A stretch of DNA of 32,000 nt from Cenarchaeum sp. (GTDB lineage: Archaea; Thermoproteota; Nitrososphaeria; Nitrososphaerales; Nitrosopumilaceae). The notes under the pieces are model-generated. The model ran no database searches, was not told the DNA's origin, and worked only from the letters and a program-made list of their open reading frames with translations. Shown in pieces: positions 16,454-25,580 of the stretch. Where the stretch lies: NCBI GenBank assembly GCA_965242695.1, contig CBDESU010000002.1, positions 1,112,015-1,144,014 on the forward strand, read 5' to 3'. Each line of letters starts with the position of its first letter. Position 1 is the stretch's first letter. Made by a program: the position numbers and the translations under genes.

Positions 16454-16881
16454 TGGGGGGGCACTCGAACTGGCCGGAGTGGATATACATCGGCGTCATT
16501 GTCGCCCTGCTCGTATGGGTAGGAGCCGAGGCGTGGAACGTCGAGCGCCTCATCGAGCACGTCCCCGAGGACGCCAAGGTCATCAAGGTGACCGGCCAGC
16601 AGTGGTTCTGGTCGTTCGAGCACGAGGACGGCACGACCGAGATCGGCGAGCTGCACCTGGAGACGGGCAAGGCCTACAAGTTCGAGGTGACCTCTACGGA
16701 CGTCATACACTCGTTCAACATACACGACTATGTGGTCCTCATGGATGCGGTTCCGGGCAGGGTCAACACGGTCTGGTTCGCCCCGACCGAGGCCGGCGAG
16801 CACGACATACAGTGCAGGGAGTACTGCGGCCTCATCCACTACAACATGAGGGCAAAGCTCTACGTGGAGGATCCGGCATGA
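16447..16881 (+). CDS. Heme-copper oxidase subunit II (CuA cupredoxin domain, single TM helix).
   Basis: The TM helix is 'WIYIGVIVALLVWVG'. 'QQWFWSFEH' also fits. The CuA ligand pattern is intact: 'VIHSF...CREYCGLIHYNM' (H..CxxxCxxxHxxM). The start is GTG at 16447 or ATG at 16453. Confidence 0.85.
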   Translation: MVMGGHSNWPEWIYIGVIVALLVWVGAEAWNVERLIEHVPEDAKVIKVTGQQWFWSFEHEDGTTEIGELHLETGKAYKFEVTSTDVIHSFNIHDYVVLMDAVPGRVNTVWFAPTEAGEHDIQCREYCGLIHYNMRAKLYVEDPA

Positions 16882-16933
16882 CCCGCGGAGCGGCCCCCCG
16901 CGGCGGGGACGTGCAAGGGAGGCGCGATTCCTG

Positions 16934-18460
16934 ATGGTTCTCGAGATGGGCCGGCCGCGGCCGATATGGCAGATCATGTTCTCGACGCACCACACCGACG
17001 TCGGGCTGCTCTACCTGATCACGTCGCTTGCGTTCCTGTTCATGGGCGGCGCCCTGGCCCTGGCCATACGCCTCGAGCTGTTCCTGCCCGGCGCGCAGTT
17101 CATCGCCGACTCGATGACGTTCAACCGCATATTCACGGTGCACGGGACGACCCTGATATTCCTGTTCATACTACCGTTCGCGTCTGCCGTCGGCAACTAC
17201 TTTGTCCCCATAATGGTCCGCTACAAGGACATGGCGTACCCAAAGCTCAACGCGATCGCGTTCTGGATGATCCCGCCGTCGGGGGCCCTCATCTGGCTCG
17301 GCTTTGCCGACTTTACGTGGTACGCGACGCCGCCCTACTCTATCATCAGCGCGCCGGGGCCGGCGGCCGACATGTGGATATTCGGGCTAAAGATACTCGG
17401 CGTCTCGTCCATACTCGGCTCGATCAACTTTGTCGTGACGATACTAAAGTGCAAGCACCCGGACATGTCGATAGGCCAGATACCGCTGCTCGCGTGGTCG
17501 TTCCTCTCGTCGTCGCTGATCATACTCGTGGCCCTGCCGACGTTCGCCGCCGCCCTGCTCATGCTGCTCACCGACCGCCTCGGCGTGACGGGCTTCTTCA
17601 ACCCCGTCATGGGAGGCGACCCGATAGCGTACGCGCACCTGTTCTGGTTTACGTTCCACCCAGAGGTGTACGTTCTGGTCATACCCGCAATCGGCATGAT
17701 GTACGAGATCATACCGCGCTTCTCGCGCAAGCCGATATTCAGCTACAACTCTGGCATCTTCGCGTTCGTCCTGCTCTCGATAGTCGGGTTCGCGTCGTGG
17801 GCGCACCACATGTACGCGACGGGCATGTCGTTCACGGAAAAGACGGTCTTCATGGTCGGCACACTCGCGGCCGTGCCGGCGTCGGCCATGCACGTCTTCA
17901 ACTTCATCGCGACGATGTGGAACGGGCGCATAAAGTTCGCATCGCCGATGATGTGGTCGGTCGGCGGCATCGCGCTGTTCTTCTCGGCAGGGGCCGGCGG
18001 GGTCGTCAACGCGGCGATGCCGCTGGACTTTACGACCCACGACACGTACTGGGTCGTCGGGCACTTCCACCTGTTCGTCATGGGGACGATCGCGTTCGGC
18101 TCGATAGGCTACCTCTACTACATGTTCCCGTACGTGACGGGCCGCATGTACAACGAGGCCCTCGGCAAGGTCCACTTTGTCATGTCGTTCGTCGGCGCCG
18201 TCCTCGTGTTCTTCACGCAGCACGTGCTCGGGCTGTACGGCATGCCGCGCCGCATCTACGACTATCCGCCCATACCCGAGTGGATTGCGATGAACCAGAT
18301 CGCGACGATCGGGGCGATGCTCATCGGCATCAGCATGGCGCTGTTCCTCGGCAACATCATACACTCGTCGGCAAAGGGGAGGCCGGCGAACATGGACGAT
18401 CCGTGGGGGCTCGGCGGCAAGTACTACTACCCGTACCAGAACAAGAACCCGCAGCACTAG
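16934..18460 (+). CDS. Heme-copper oxidase subunit I.
   Basis: 508 aa and polytopic. 'HLFWFTFHPEVYVLVIPAIG' (CuB His / Tyr region), 'WAHHMYATG' (CuB His-His) and 'VVGHFHLFVMG' (heme ligands). Confidence 0.92.
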   Translation: MVLEMGRPRPIWQIMFSTHHTDVGLLYLITSLAFLFMGGALALAIRLELFLPGAQFIADSMTFNRIFTVHGTTLIFLFILPFASAVGNYFVPIMVRYKDMAYPKLNAIAFWMIPPSGALIWLGFADFTWYATPPYSIISAPGPAADMWIFGLKILGVSSILGSINFVVTILKCKHPDMSIGQIPLLAWSFLSSSLIILVALPTFAAALLMLLTDRLGVTGFFNPVMGGDPIAYAHLFWFTFHPEVYVLVIPAIGMMYEIIPRFSRKPIFSYNSGIFAFVLLSIVGFASWAHHMYATGMSFTEKTVFMVGTLAAVPASAMHVFNFIATMWNGRIKFASPMMWSVGGIALFFSAGAGGVVNAAMPLDFTTHDTYWVVGHFHLFVMGTIAFGSIGYLYYMFPYVTGRMYNEALGKVHFVMSFVGAVLVFFTQHVLGLYGMPRRIYDYPPIPEWIAMNQIATIGAMLIGISMALFLGNIIHSSAKGRPANMDDPWGLGGKYYYPYQNKNPQH

Positions 18461-18490
18461 GAGATTGATGGGCAAGGAGGAGATGGTAGA

Positions 18491-20095
18491 GTGTCACAAC
18501 AGAGCGAGGGGCCGGCCGGAAGCGCCATCTACAGGACGACGCCGGCGCGCACGGTGAGGATGATGGCGATCATGCTCGGCATCTGCGTGGCGGGGGGAGG
18601 CATATTCTTCGGCATGTGGGACTATTGGATATCGCAGACGCCGCCGGTCGTCGAGGTCATGGCAGGCAGCACGGCGCCCGAGGCCGTCGAGGTCGAGCTT
18701 ACGGGCGTCGAGCTGCCCGTGTCGCTGTCGTTCGTAGAGTCCGACAACCTCATAGTGCTCTCGTTCAACGCGCAGCCGGGCGAGCCGGGCCGCAACCCGA
18801 CCATCGAGGCCGACGTGGGCGACAAGATACTGTTCGACGTGGTCAACGACGGGATATCCTTCCACTCGTTCGGCGTGACGGCCGACATAGAGGGCACGGG
18901 CGGCATCTATCCGGGCTCAGAGGTCGCATCCCCGAACAACCCCCTGACAGGCGGGCAGAGCGGCACGTCCGAGTTTGTCGCGCCCGAGGACGGCATCTAC
19001 TACTACATCTGCACCGTTCCGGGCCACCGGCTCCAGGGCATGGAGGGCATGATCGTGGTCGGCGACGTGGACGCGTCCGAGGTGGAGGCGGCCGAGGCGG
19101 CCGCCGCCGAGGCGCCAGCGGCTGCCGAGGATGTTCCGGCCGTCGACAGGGTCTTTGTCGAGGGCCTTGACGGCGCGATATCGATCCCCGAGGGCTCGTC
19201 CGTCGCCGGATGCGAGGCGACCGACGAGTGCTACATCCCGGCAGGCGTGTCCGTAGAGCCGGGGACGACCGTGGTGTGGTCCAACGACGACACGGCGGCC
19301 CACACGGTGACGAGCTCGCCCGACTCGCCGATGTCGTTCGACAGCGGCCTGTTCATGGCAGGCGACACGTTTGAGGTCACGTTCGATGACCCCGGCGAGT
19401 ACCCGTACTGGTGCATCGTCCACCCGTGGATGACGGGGACGGTCCTCGTCGGGGATGCGGCAGCCATGGCGGCGGACTCTGGCGACGCCATGGCCGACGA
19501 CGCCATGGCCGACGACGCCATGGCCGACGACGCCATGGCCGACGACGCCATGGCCGACGACGCCATGGCCGACGACGCCATGGCCGACGACGCCATGGCC
19601 GACGACGCCATGGCCGACGACGCCATGGCCGACGACGCCATGGCCGACGACGCCATGGCCGACGACGCCATGGCCGACGACGCCATGGCCGACGACGCCA
19701 TGGCCGACGGCACGGAAGTCAGCGACTCGGCCACCGCGGTAAAGTCCCCCGCCTCATCCGAAGGGGACGAGGCCGCCAGCAGCGGCGCGGGCGCCCCGGT
19801 CGAGCTCGACGGCCCCATATCGCTCCCGGCCGGCTCTTCGATCGCAGGGTGCGAGAGGACGGACGAGTGCTACATCCCGTCGTCGGTCGTGGTCCCGGCG
19901 GGAACGACCGTGGTGTGGTCCAACGACGACACGGCGGCCCACACGGTGACGAGCTCGCCCGACTCGCCGATGTCGTTCGACAGCAGCCTGTTCATGCCCG
20001 ACACTACGTTCGAGGTCACGTTCGACGACCCTGGCGAGTACCCGTACTGGTGCATCGTCCACCCGTGGATGGTCGGCACGGTGGTTGTAGAGTAG
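18491..20095 (+). CDS. Membrane-anchored protein with three type-1 (blue) copper cupredoxin domains and an internal DDAMA repeat linker.
   Basis: N-terminal TM helix '[19 protein letters not shown]'. Domain 1: 'FHSFGV...[18 protein letters not shown]'. Domains 2 and 3: 'AAHTVTS...[11 protein letters not shown](T/V)G' (H, C, H, M ligand sets). GTG start. Confidence 0.85.
   Translation: MSQQSEGPAGSAIYRTTPARTVRMMAIMLGICVAGGGIFFGMWDYWISQTPPVVEVMAGSTAPEAVEVELTGVELPVSLSFVESDNLIVLSFNAQPGEPGRNPTIEADVGDKILFDVVNDGISFHSFGVTADIEGTGGIYPGSEVASPNNPLTGGQSGTSEFVAPEDGIYYYICTVPGHRLQGMEGMIVVGDVDASEVEAAEAAAAEAPAAAEDVPAVDRVFVEGLDGAISIPEGSSVAGCEATDECYIPAGVSVEPGTTVVWSNDDTAAHTVTSSPDSPMSFDSGLFMAGDTFEVTFDDPGEYPYWCIVHPWMTGTVLVGDAAAMAADSGDAMADDAMADDAMADDAMADDAMADDAMADDAMADDAMADDAMADDAMADDAMADDAMADDAMADDAMADDAMADGTEVSDSATAVKSPASSEGDEAASSGAGAPVELDGPISLPAGSSIAGCERTDECYIPSSVVVPAGTTVVWSNDDTAAHTVTSSPDSPMSFDSSLFMPDTTFEVTFDDPGEYPYWCIVHPWMVGTVVVE
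19481..19705 (+). repeat. 15-bp tandem repeat, 14 perfect copies of gacgacgccatggcc plus one 5' variant, encoding G/DDAMA.
   Basis: Perfect copies were counted directly from 19496 to 19705 (210 nt). The variant 'ggcgacgccatggcc' is at 19481-19495. Confidence 0.95.
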
Positions 20096-20102
20096 GACGG
20101 AA

Positions 20103-20579
20103 TTGGCCCTAAGGTACCTTGCGCTGTCGGCCCTGGCGGTCCTGTACTCGCTCATGTTCCTGGGCGGCTACGTCTCGGCCGCCGGGCTGGGCCTGTCGTG
20201 CCCCGACTGGCCGCTGTGCCCCGACGGCATAATGCCGGGCGAGGACTACTTTGTCGAGTGGCTGCACCGCCTCATCGCGGCGGCCGCCGGCGTCCTGATA
20301 GCCGCCACGGCGGTCGCCGTGTGGCTCAACAAGGCGGCCGACTCGAAGATAAGGGCGACGAGCGTTATTGCGGCGGCTCTTGTCGTGGTCCAGATCACGC
20401 TCGGCGCGATCGTGATAGACACGCTGCTCCACTCGGTGCTCGTGGCCGTCCACCTCGGGTTGGGGATACTCTTGTTTGCAATGTCGCTGCTTACCACGCT
20501 GTTCGCGTTCCGCATAGACCGCGGCGGCGGGGGCAGGCGCGTCACGTCCCCTGCGGCCTCGGCCGAGCCCGGGCAGTAG
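20103..20579 (+). CDS. ctaA: Heme A synthase, short four-helix form (CtaA/COX15 family).
   Basis: 158 aa. 'GLGLSCPDWPLCPDG' is the conserved Cys pair motif. 'WLHRLIAA' and 'LVAVHLGLG' are His-bearing helices. TTG start. It lies directly downstream of the oxidase and cupredoxin genes. Confidence 0.8.
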   Translation: MALRYLALSALAVLYSLMFLGGYVSAAGLGLSCPDWPLCPDGIMPGEDYFVEWLHRLIAAAAGVLIAATAVAVWLNKAADSKIRATSVIAAALVVVQITLGAIVIDTLLHSVLVAVHLGLGILLFAMSLLTTLFAFRIDRGGGGRRVTSPAASAEPGQ

Positions 20580-20639
20580 CGGGGCGGCAGCCCCCGGCGG
20601 GGGCGGGGCGGCGATCGGCACTCCCCTGCCGGCCGCAGC

Positions 20640-21707
20640 TTGGGCGCTCGGCCGGATGCTCCAACGCATAATACCCGGCCTCCTCCGGACGACCCGGTGG
20701 CGGGTGCAACGTCCGGCCTCACGGCAGGGGGGCTTAGGAGGGAGATCGAGGAGCACGGCGGCGCGCGCAGGTATGCCGCCCTGCTGGAAAGGAGGGCGCG
20801 CCGCGGCCCCGGCGATCCGGGAGCGTACTGCGAGGCAGCCGTAATGCAGGTGGCGGCGAACCGCCCGGGCAGGGCCGTGTCGCTGCTGCGCGAGGCGCTG
20901 CGCATCGCACCCGGAATGCTGCCCGCGCATGTGGCCATGGCCCATGCCTACATGTGCGCGGGCCGCCATGCAAGGGCCGCAAGGTCGTGCAGGAGGGCCA
21001 TCCGGCTGGATCCTGGCTCGGCCTACGCCCACATGCTGTACGGCAGGTCGATGATGCTCATGGGCCGGCCTGCTAGGGCGCTGCGCCTGCTCCGCGCCGC
21101 GGCCCGCCTCAACCCGGGCCTCGCCGGGGTGGACGAGGGCTTGGGCCATGTGCTGGACGCCATGGGGCGCTACAAGGAGGCCGCCGCCTGCTACAGGCGG
21201 GCCGCCGATGCCGACAGCGCGCCTGTCCACGCCGTCATGTGCGCCGGCGAATGCCTAGCAAAGGCCGGGCTGTTCAAGGATGCGCTGTCCGAGTTCGACA
21301 GGGCCGTCGAGATGGAGCCCGGCATGTCCCTGGCCCACATGTCGCGCGGCGACGCGCTGTCCGCGCTGGGGCGCCACTCGGAGGCGGCGGCATCGTACGA
21401 GGCGGCCACCGATGCCGACCCGGGCAACCCCTTCTTGTGGGCCGCCAAGGCCCTGTGCTACGGCAGGGCCGGCATGGCGGCAAGGGGGCGGGACAGCCTT
21501 GCAAGGGCCAGGGCACTGAGGCGGTCCGGCTCGCAGCCCAGCATCGACGGCCTGCAGCCAATGTTCGCCAACATAGTCGGCGGCATGCAAGAGGAAGAGA
21601 TGGCCGCATTCAGGGATGCCGCCTTTTCGGACGAGGAAACCGACAAGACCATTGCGGACGCAGACGAGGCCATTGCCTCCGCCGGGAAGGGGGCAGGAGA
21701 GCAGTAG
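20640..21707 (+). CDS. TPR-repeat protein.
   Basis: Repeated ~34-aa A/L/Y-rich units, for example 'AHVAMAHAYMCAGRHARAARSCRRAIRLDPGSAYAH' and 'AHMSRGDALSALGRHSEAAASYEAATDADPGNPFLW'. The start codon is uncertain. Confidence 0.7.
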   Translation: MGARPDAPTHNTRPPPDDPVAGATSGLTAGGLRREIEEHGGARRYAALLERRARRGPGDPGAYCEAAVMQVAANRPGRAVSLLREALRIAPGMLPAHVAMAHAYMCAGRHARAARSCRRAIRLDPGSAYAHMLYGRSMMLMGRPARALRLLRAAARLNPGLAGVDEGLGHVLDAMGRYKEAAACYRRAADADSAPVHAVMCAGECLAKAGLFKDALSEFDRAVEMEPGMSLAHMSRGDALSALGRHSEAAASYEAATDADPGNPFLWAAKALCYGRAGMAARGRDSLARARALRRSGSQPSIDGLQPMFANIVGGMQEEEMAAFRDAAFSDEETDKTIADADEAIASAGKGAGEQ

Positions 21708-21810
21708 GACAGCACGCTTCGCGGCGGCGGCGGAGGCGGCGCCCGCAGCGAAGGCGGGGCGGGCGGGGAGCCGCCGGCCGGACGGATCGGGGCATTGCGC
21801 GCCCGCCCCT

Positions 21811-22416
21811 TCAGCCCCGCCCGCGCCGTCCCTGTCCCCACGGCACCCTGCCCGACACCCTCGGCAGGTAGATGTACGCCATCAGGACGCCGAACACCGA
21901 CGCGCCGACCGTGATGGAGACGATGAATATGTACCCGAACGGGCTCTGCGTGCTGAGGTTGAACGTGTACGTCACCGTCCTGCCGTCGCCGGCCATGTCG
22001 TACAGGTCGACGTACACGATGTGGTTGCCGGGGCTGTCAAAGACGAACGCGCCCTCCCAGTGGCTCCCCTCTATGGCGGCGGGGGGAACGGCGTGCACCT
22101 GCTCGCCGGCGAACGTAAACCTCATGCCCATCGTGAACCTCTCGACCTCTTCAAAGTCGGCGTCGGTCACCCTGATGAGGACCTGCGACTCCTCGCCGAT
22201 CTGGGGAAACTCGGGGAGGGTCGCTATCTGCACCCTGAACCCCCCGACGAACTCCTCGGCCGAGTTGAACAGCGAGTGGGCGTGGGCCGCCGCCGGGCCG
22301 CCGCCACTGCCGGAGGAGGATGCCGCCGCCAGCGCCAGCACGGCAGCCGCGGCGACGGCGGCCACCGCCGGGGCGCCCCGGCGCGCGCGCGGGCCCCTCG
22401 CCCCGGCCCCCGCCAT
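21811..22416 (-). CDS. Exported protein with a C-terminal TM anchor, function unknown (possible metal-binding N-terminus).
   Basis: The start is taken at 'MAGAGARGPRARRGAPAVAAVAAAAVLALAAA' (signal-like, with RR). The mature region begins near 'AAHAHSLF'. The C-terminal TM helix is 'FGYIFIVSITVGASVFGVLMAYIY'. A TATA box lies 20 nt upstream on the minus strand. Confidence 0.6.
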   Translation of the reverse strand: MAGAGARGPRARRGAPAVAAVAAAAVLALAAASSSGSGGGPAAAHAHSLFNSAEEFVGGFRVQIATLPEFPQIGEESQVLIRVTDADFEEVERFTMGMRFTFAGEQVHAVPPAAIEGSHWEGAFVFDSPGNHIVYVDLYDMAGDGRTVTYTFNLSTQSPFGYIFIVSITVGASVFGVLMAYIYLPRVSGRVPWGQGRRGRG

Positions 22417-22435
22417 GCGCGCGCGAGGGCGCCTA

Positions 22436-22961
<526 letters not shown>

Positions 22962-22987
22962 GGGTTTAGTCCAAACTAACTTTGTTT

Positions 22988-22999
22988 AGCTATAAATAC
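22988..22999 (+). promoter_or_regulatory. TATA box of ferredoxin paralog 2.
   Basis: 'agctataaatac' lies 23 nt upstream of the ATG at 23022 and is identical to the core of the box at 22436-22446. Confidence 0.5.
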
Positions 23000-23021
23000 A
23001 AAGTGCCGGCCGCCGCCGCCA

Positions 23022-23558
23022 ATGGCTATAGACGAAAAGTTCGTCGAGAACCTAGAGATCAGCGGGCAGACCGACCACTCTGACGGGGAGAACAAGCACT
23101 TCATCTGGGGGGCGGGCCGCAGCGACGGCGCCGCCTTCAGCAACGACCAGGTAAAGGCCGCGTACGAGGAAAAGGGCGAGGAGCAGGTGCCCCTCGGCAT
23201 CCACGGCACGACGGTCGCCGTCGACTGGGACGAGTGCACCGCGCAGGGCTCGTGCATGAGCGTGTGCCCCGTGCAGACCTTCCAGTGGTACAGGACCGAG
23301 AAGGACATTCCGGCTGCCCAGTGCAACGGGGAGACCTTTGAGGGGACCGGCAACACCGAGCAGGACGAACGCCTAGACTACACGGACAAGTCGCAGCCGA
23401 TCCGCGAGCACGACTGCACGCAGTGCATGGCATGCCAGGAGGCATGCCCCGAGAGGGCCATACTCATCGAGCCCTCTTACCAGTCGTACCACGAAAAGGC
23501 CGCCGGCACGTACGTCAAGATGGACACGGGATCCGTCAACCCACACGCCCACGACTAG
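23022..23558 (+). CDS. Sulfolobus-type dicluster ferredoxin with an N-terminal extension, paralog 2.
   Basis: 'VDWDECTAQGSCMSVCPVQTFQWY' and 'HDCTQCMACQEACPERAI'. It is collinear with paralog 1, including the shared insert 'GETFEG(S/T)G...DER(A/L)DYTDK'. Confidence 0.88.
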   Translation: MAIDEKFVENLEISGQTDHSDGENKHFIWGAGRSDGAAFSNDQVKAAYEEKGEEQVPLGIHGTTVAVDWDECTAQGSCMSVCPVQTFQWYRTEKDIPAAQCNGETFEGTGNTEQDERLDYTDKSQPIREHDCTQCMACQEACPERAILIEPSYQSYHEKAAGTYVKMDTGSVNPHAHD

Positions 23559-23561
23559 GGC

Positions 23562-23574
23562 TTTTTCATTTTTT
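23562..23574 (+). terminator. Oligo-T terminator after ferredoxin 2.
   Basis: T5 (23562-23566) and T6 (23569-23574) begin 4 nt after the stop codon. Confidence 0.5.
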
Positions 23575-23659
23575 CGACCGGTGCGCCGGCCGCGCCCGCC
23601 GCGGCAGGGGCCGCGCGCCCGCCCCAAACAGATTTTAGTGCGCCCGCCGGCCGTTCGCC

Positions 23660-23743
23660 GCAGAGGTCGCCTAGCCTGGTGGGGCGCGGGCCTTGAGAGT
23701 CTGTGCGACTTGTCGCGCGAGGGTTCGAATCCCTCTCTCTGCG
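23660..23743 (+). tRNA. tRNA-Ser (anticodon TGA) with a long variable arm.
   Basis: Folded by hand. Acceptor GCAGAGG/TCTCTGC, D arm GCCT-AGCCTGGTG-GGGC, anticodon arm CGGGC-CTTGAGA-GTCTG, variable arm TGCGACTTGTCGCGC, T arm GAGGG-TTCGAAT-CCCTC, discriminator G. A TATA-like 'gattttag' lies ~25 nt upstream. Confidence 0.9.
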
Positions 23744-23760
23744 CTACAACGGCGCGGCCG

Positions 23761-24714
23761 CTACCTTTTGGCCGCGCCGAGCTCGGCCAGCATCGCCGAC
23801 AGCTGGATCTCGGGGTTCGAGCCGGCGAGTATGCGGTAGTCGTACTTTGCCATGATCTGCAGGACCTCGGGCAGGCTCTCGCCGGCCTCCCTGTAGGCTG
23901 CGCTGCACGCGTACTTTAGAAAGTCCGAGTCGGACATGCCGTACACCCTTGTCAGCTCGATCATCTTCTCGCGCGCCTCGGCGAGCCTGCCCTCGAGCGC
24001 CGAGCGCACCACCCCGTCTACGTCGCCGGCCCTCGACAGGCCGGCGGCGGCCCTCACGCCGTCCTCGGTCACGGAGCCGGTCCCGGCCGCGGCCTGGAGT
24101 ATGTTTATGGCGTTGCGCATGTCTCCGCCTGCGTAGTCGCACACGGCCTTGATCCCCTTTGCATCGGCCTTTACCTTCTCGGCCTTTGCAATCCTCTTGA
24201 GGCTGGCCGCGATGTCGTCGTCCGAGAGGGCCTTGAACTTGAAGACGGCGCACCTGCTCTGTATGGGGTCGATGATCCTCGATATGTTGTTGGCCACGAG
24301 TATGAACCTGCATATGCGCGAGGCGTCCTCGATGATGCGCCTGAGGGCCGTCTGCGCATCGGACGTCATCTCGTCGGCCTCGTCTAGTATGATGATCTTG
24401 AAGGGTATGTCGTCAAAGGCGGCAAAGTTCGAGAACCGCTTGACCTTTTCGCGGACCATGTTGATCCCGCGCTCGTCGGACGCGTTCAGCTCGAGCAGGT
24501 TGTCGCCAAGGTGGGCGCCGAGGACCTGGCGCGCGATGCACAGCGCCGTGGTCGTCTTGCCCACGCCGGCCGAGCCCGAGAACATGAGGTGCGGCATGTC
24601 GGCGGGGTTCTTGAGCAGCGCCTCTAGGCTGCCGACGGCGTCGGACTGGCCGGCCACGTCGGCGAGCTTCTGGGGCCTGTACTTTTCGACCCACATCGTC
24701 CCTCCGGGCGCCAT
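23761..24714 (-). CDS. rfcS: Replication factor C small subunit.
   Basis: 'MWVEKYRPQKLADVAGQ', Walker A 'GSAGVGKTT', 'IIILDEADEMT' and 'SRCAVFKF' (SRC motif). A TATA-like 'tcttaatag' lies ~30 nt upstream on the minus strand. The start could instead be at 24696. Confidence 0.92.
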   Translation of the reverse strand: MAPGGTMWVEKYRPQKLADVAGQSDAVGSLEALLKNPADMPHLMFSGSAGVGKTTTALCIARQVLGAHLGDNLLELNASDERGINMVREKVKRFSNFAAFDDIPFKIIILDEADEMTSDAQTALRRIIEDASRICRFILVANNISRIIDPIQSRCAVFKFKALSDDDIAASLKRIAKAEKVKADAKGIKAVCDYAGGDMRNAINILQAAAGTGSVTEDGVRAAAGLSRAGDVDGVVRSALEGRLAEAREKMIELTRVYGMSDSDFLKYACSAAYREAGESLPEVLQIMAKYDYRILAGSNPEIQLSAMLAELGAAKR

Positions 24715-24747
24715 GCCCGGCCGTCGCCGGCGGCCCGCTATTAAGAT

Positions 24748-24858
24748 ACCACATACGGGCTCGGGGGGCGCGCGCGGCCTGCGCCATGCGTCTTGCTATG
24801 CTCCTTTGCGGTCGCGTTGAACCACATACGGGCTCGGGGGGCGCGCGCGGCCTGCGCC
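24748..24858. repeat. 38-bp perfect direct repeat, two copies (24748-24785 and 24821-24858).
   Basis: 'accacatacgggctcggggggcgcgcgcggcctgcgcc' was read twice with a period of 73 bp, just upstream of the rfcS promoter. Confidence 0.9.
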
Positions 24859-25164
24859 CCCGCCGCGCGGCTGCCCCCTGACCGGCGGCGCGGGGCGTCT
24901 TCCGGCAGGCGGAGACCCGCTTGTGTAGGCCCCTTGCGGGGCTCGGTGCGTACAGGGGCGCGCTGCCACGCGTCCAGCGCCGGGCGTCGGGCGCCGGCTC
25001 GATGGCATCGCCTCCTCGAACGGGCGGTCGGCCTGGGGATGAAGAGGGCCTGCGCTCAGTGCGGCAAGGACGCCGGCAGGTATGTCGTGGCGGCCCGTCT
25101 CTACGACAAGAGGAAGAGGGCTTGCGCTCAGTGCGGCAAGGACGCACTGCACATGCTGTTCATT

Positions 25165-25192
25165 GGGGGGGGGGGGTGGGTGGGTGGGTGGG
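25165..25192 (+). repeat. G12(TGGG)4 tract, a strong G-quadruplex-forming motif.
   Basis: 12 consecutive G (25165-25176) are followed by tgggtgggtgggtggg (25177-25192). Confidence 0.9.
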
Positions 25193-25573
25193 CATGTACT
25201 GCAAGGAAGTGCAGGGTCAGGGTTCGCAGTGCGATGTCGTGGCGGGCCGATCATCTTTGCGTGCGCATCATGCGCATCGGGCCCCGGCCGGGGAGGCTCT
25301 CCATCCCCTGCGGACCGGCCGCGGCCGGCGGCGCCGTGGGATCAATGCTGGCCGTGGGAGGAGAGGATGCGATCGCCTAGCGAGGGCGCGTTGGGTGCGG
25401 CCGTGGAGGCGAAGGGAGGCGGCGGCGGCGGGTTGCCGCCGCTGTCTACAGGACGGGATCGTCGATCGTCACTGCCAGAGGGTTTGCGAGGATTCGGGAC
25501 CGGGGCGCCTGGTACGGTGCAACACCGGGTGTGCTCGGCATTGACCTCAGCTCAACGGTGGTTCAACCGCTGC

Positions 25574-25580
25574 TTTTTTT
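25574..25580 (+). terminator. T7 run after a short hairpin, a possible terminator of an unannotated plus-strand transcript.
   Basis: 'caacggtggttcaaccgctgcttttttt'. No convincing ORF ends here. Confidence 0.3.

Noticed and set aside
16441-16461. Oxidase subunit II split from the upstream ORF by a frameshift at the G7 run (16455-16461).
   Set aside because: The upstream ORF's stop (16451-16453) precedes the G run, and the downstream frame opens only at 16447. Slippage in the G7 run therefore cannot fuse them. TGATG start-stop coupling explains the overlap.
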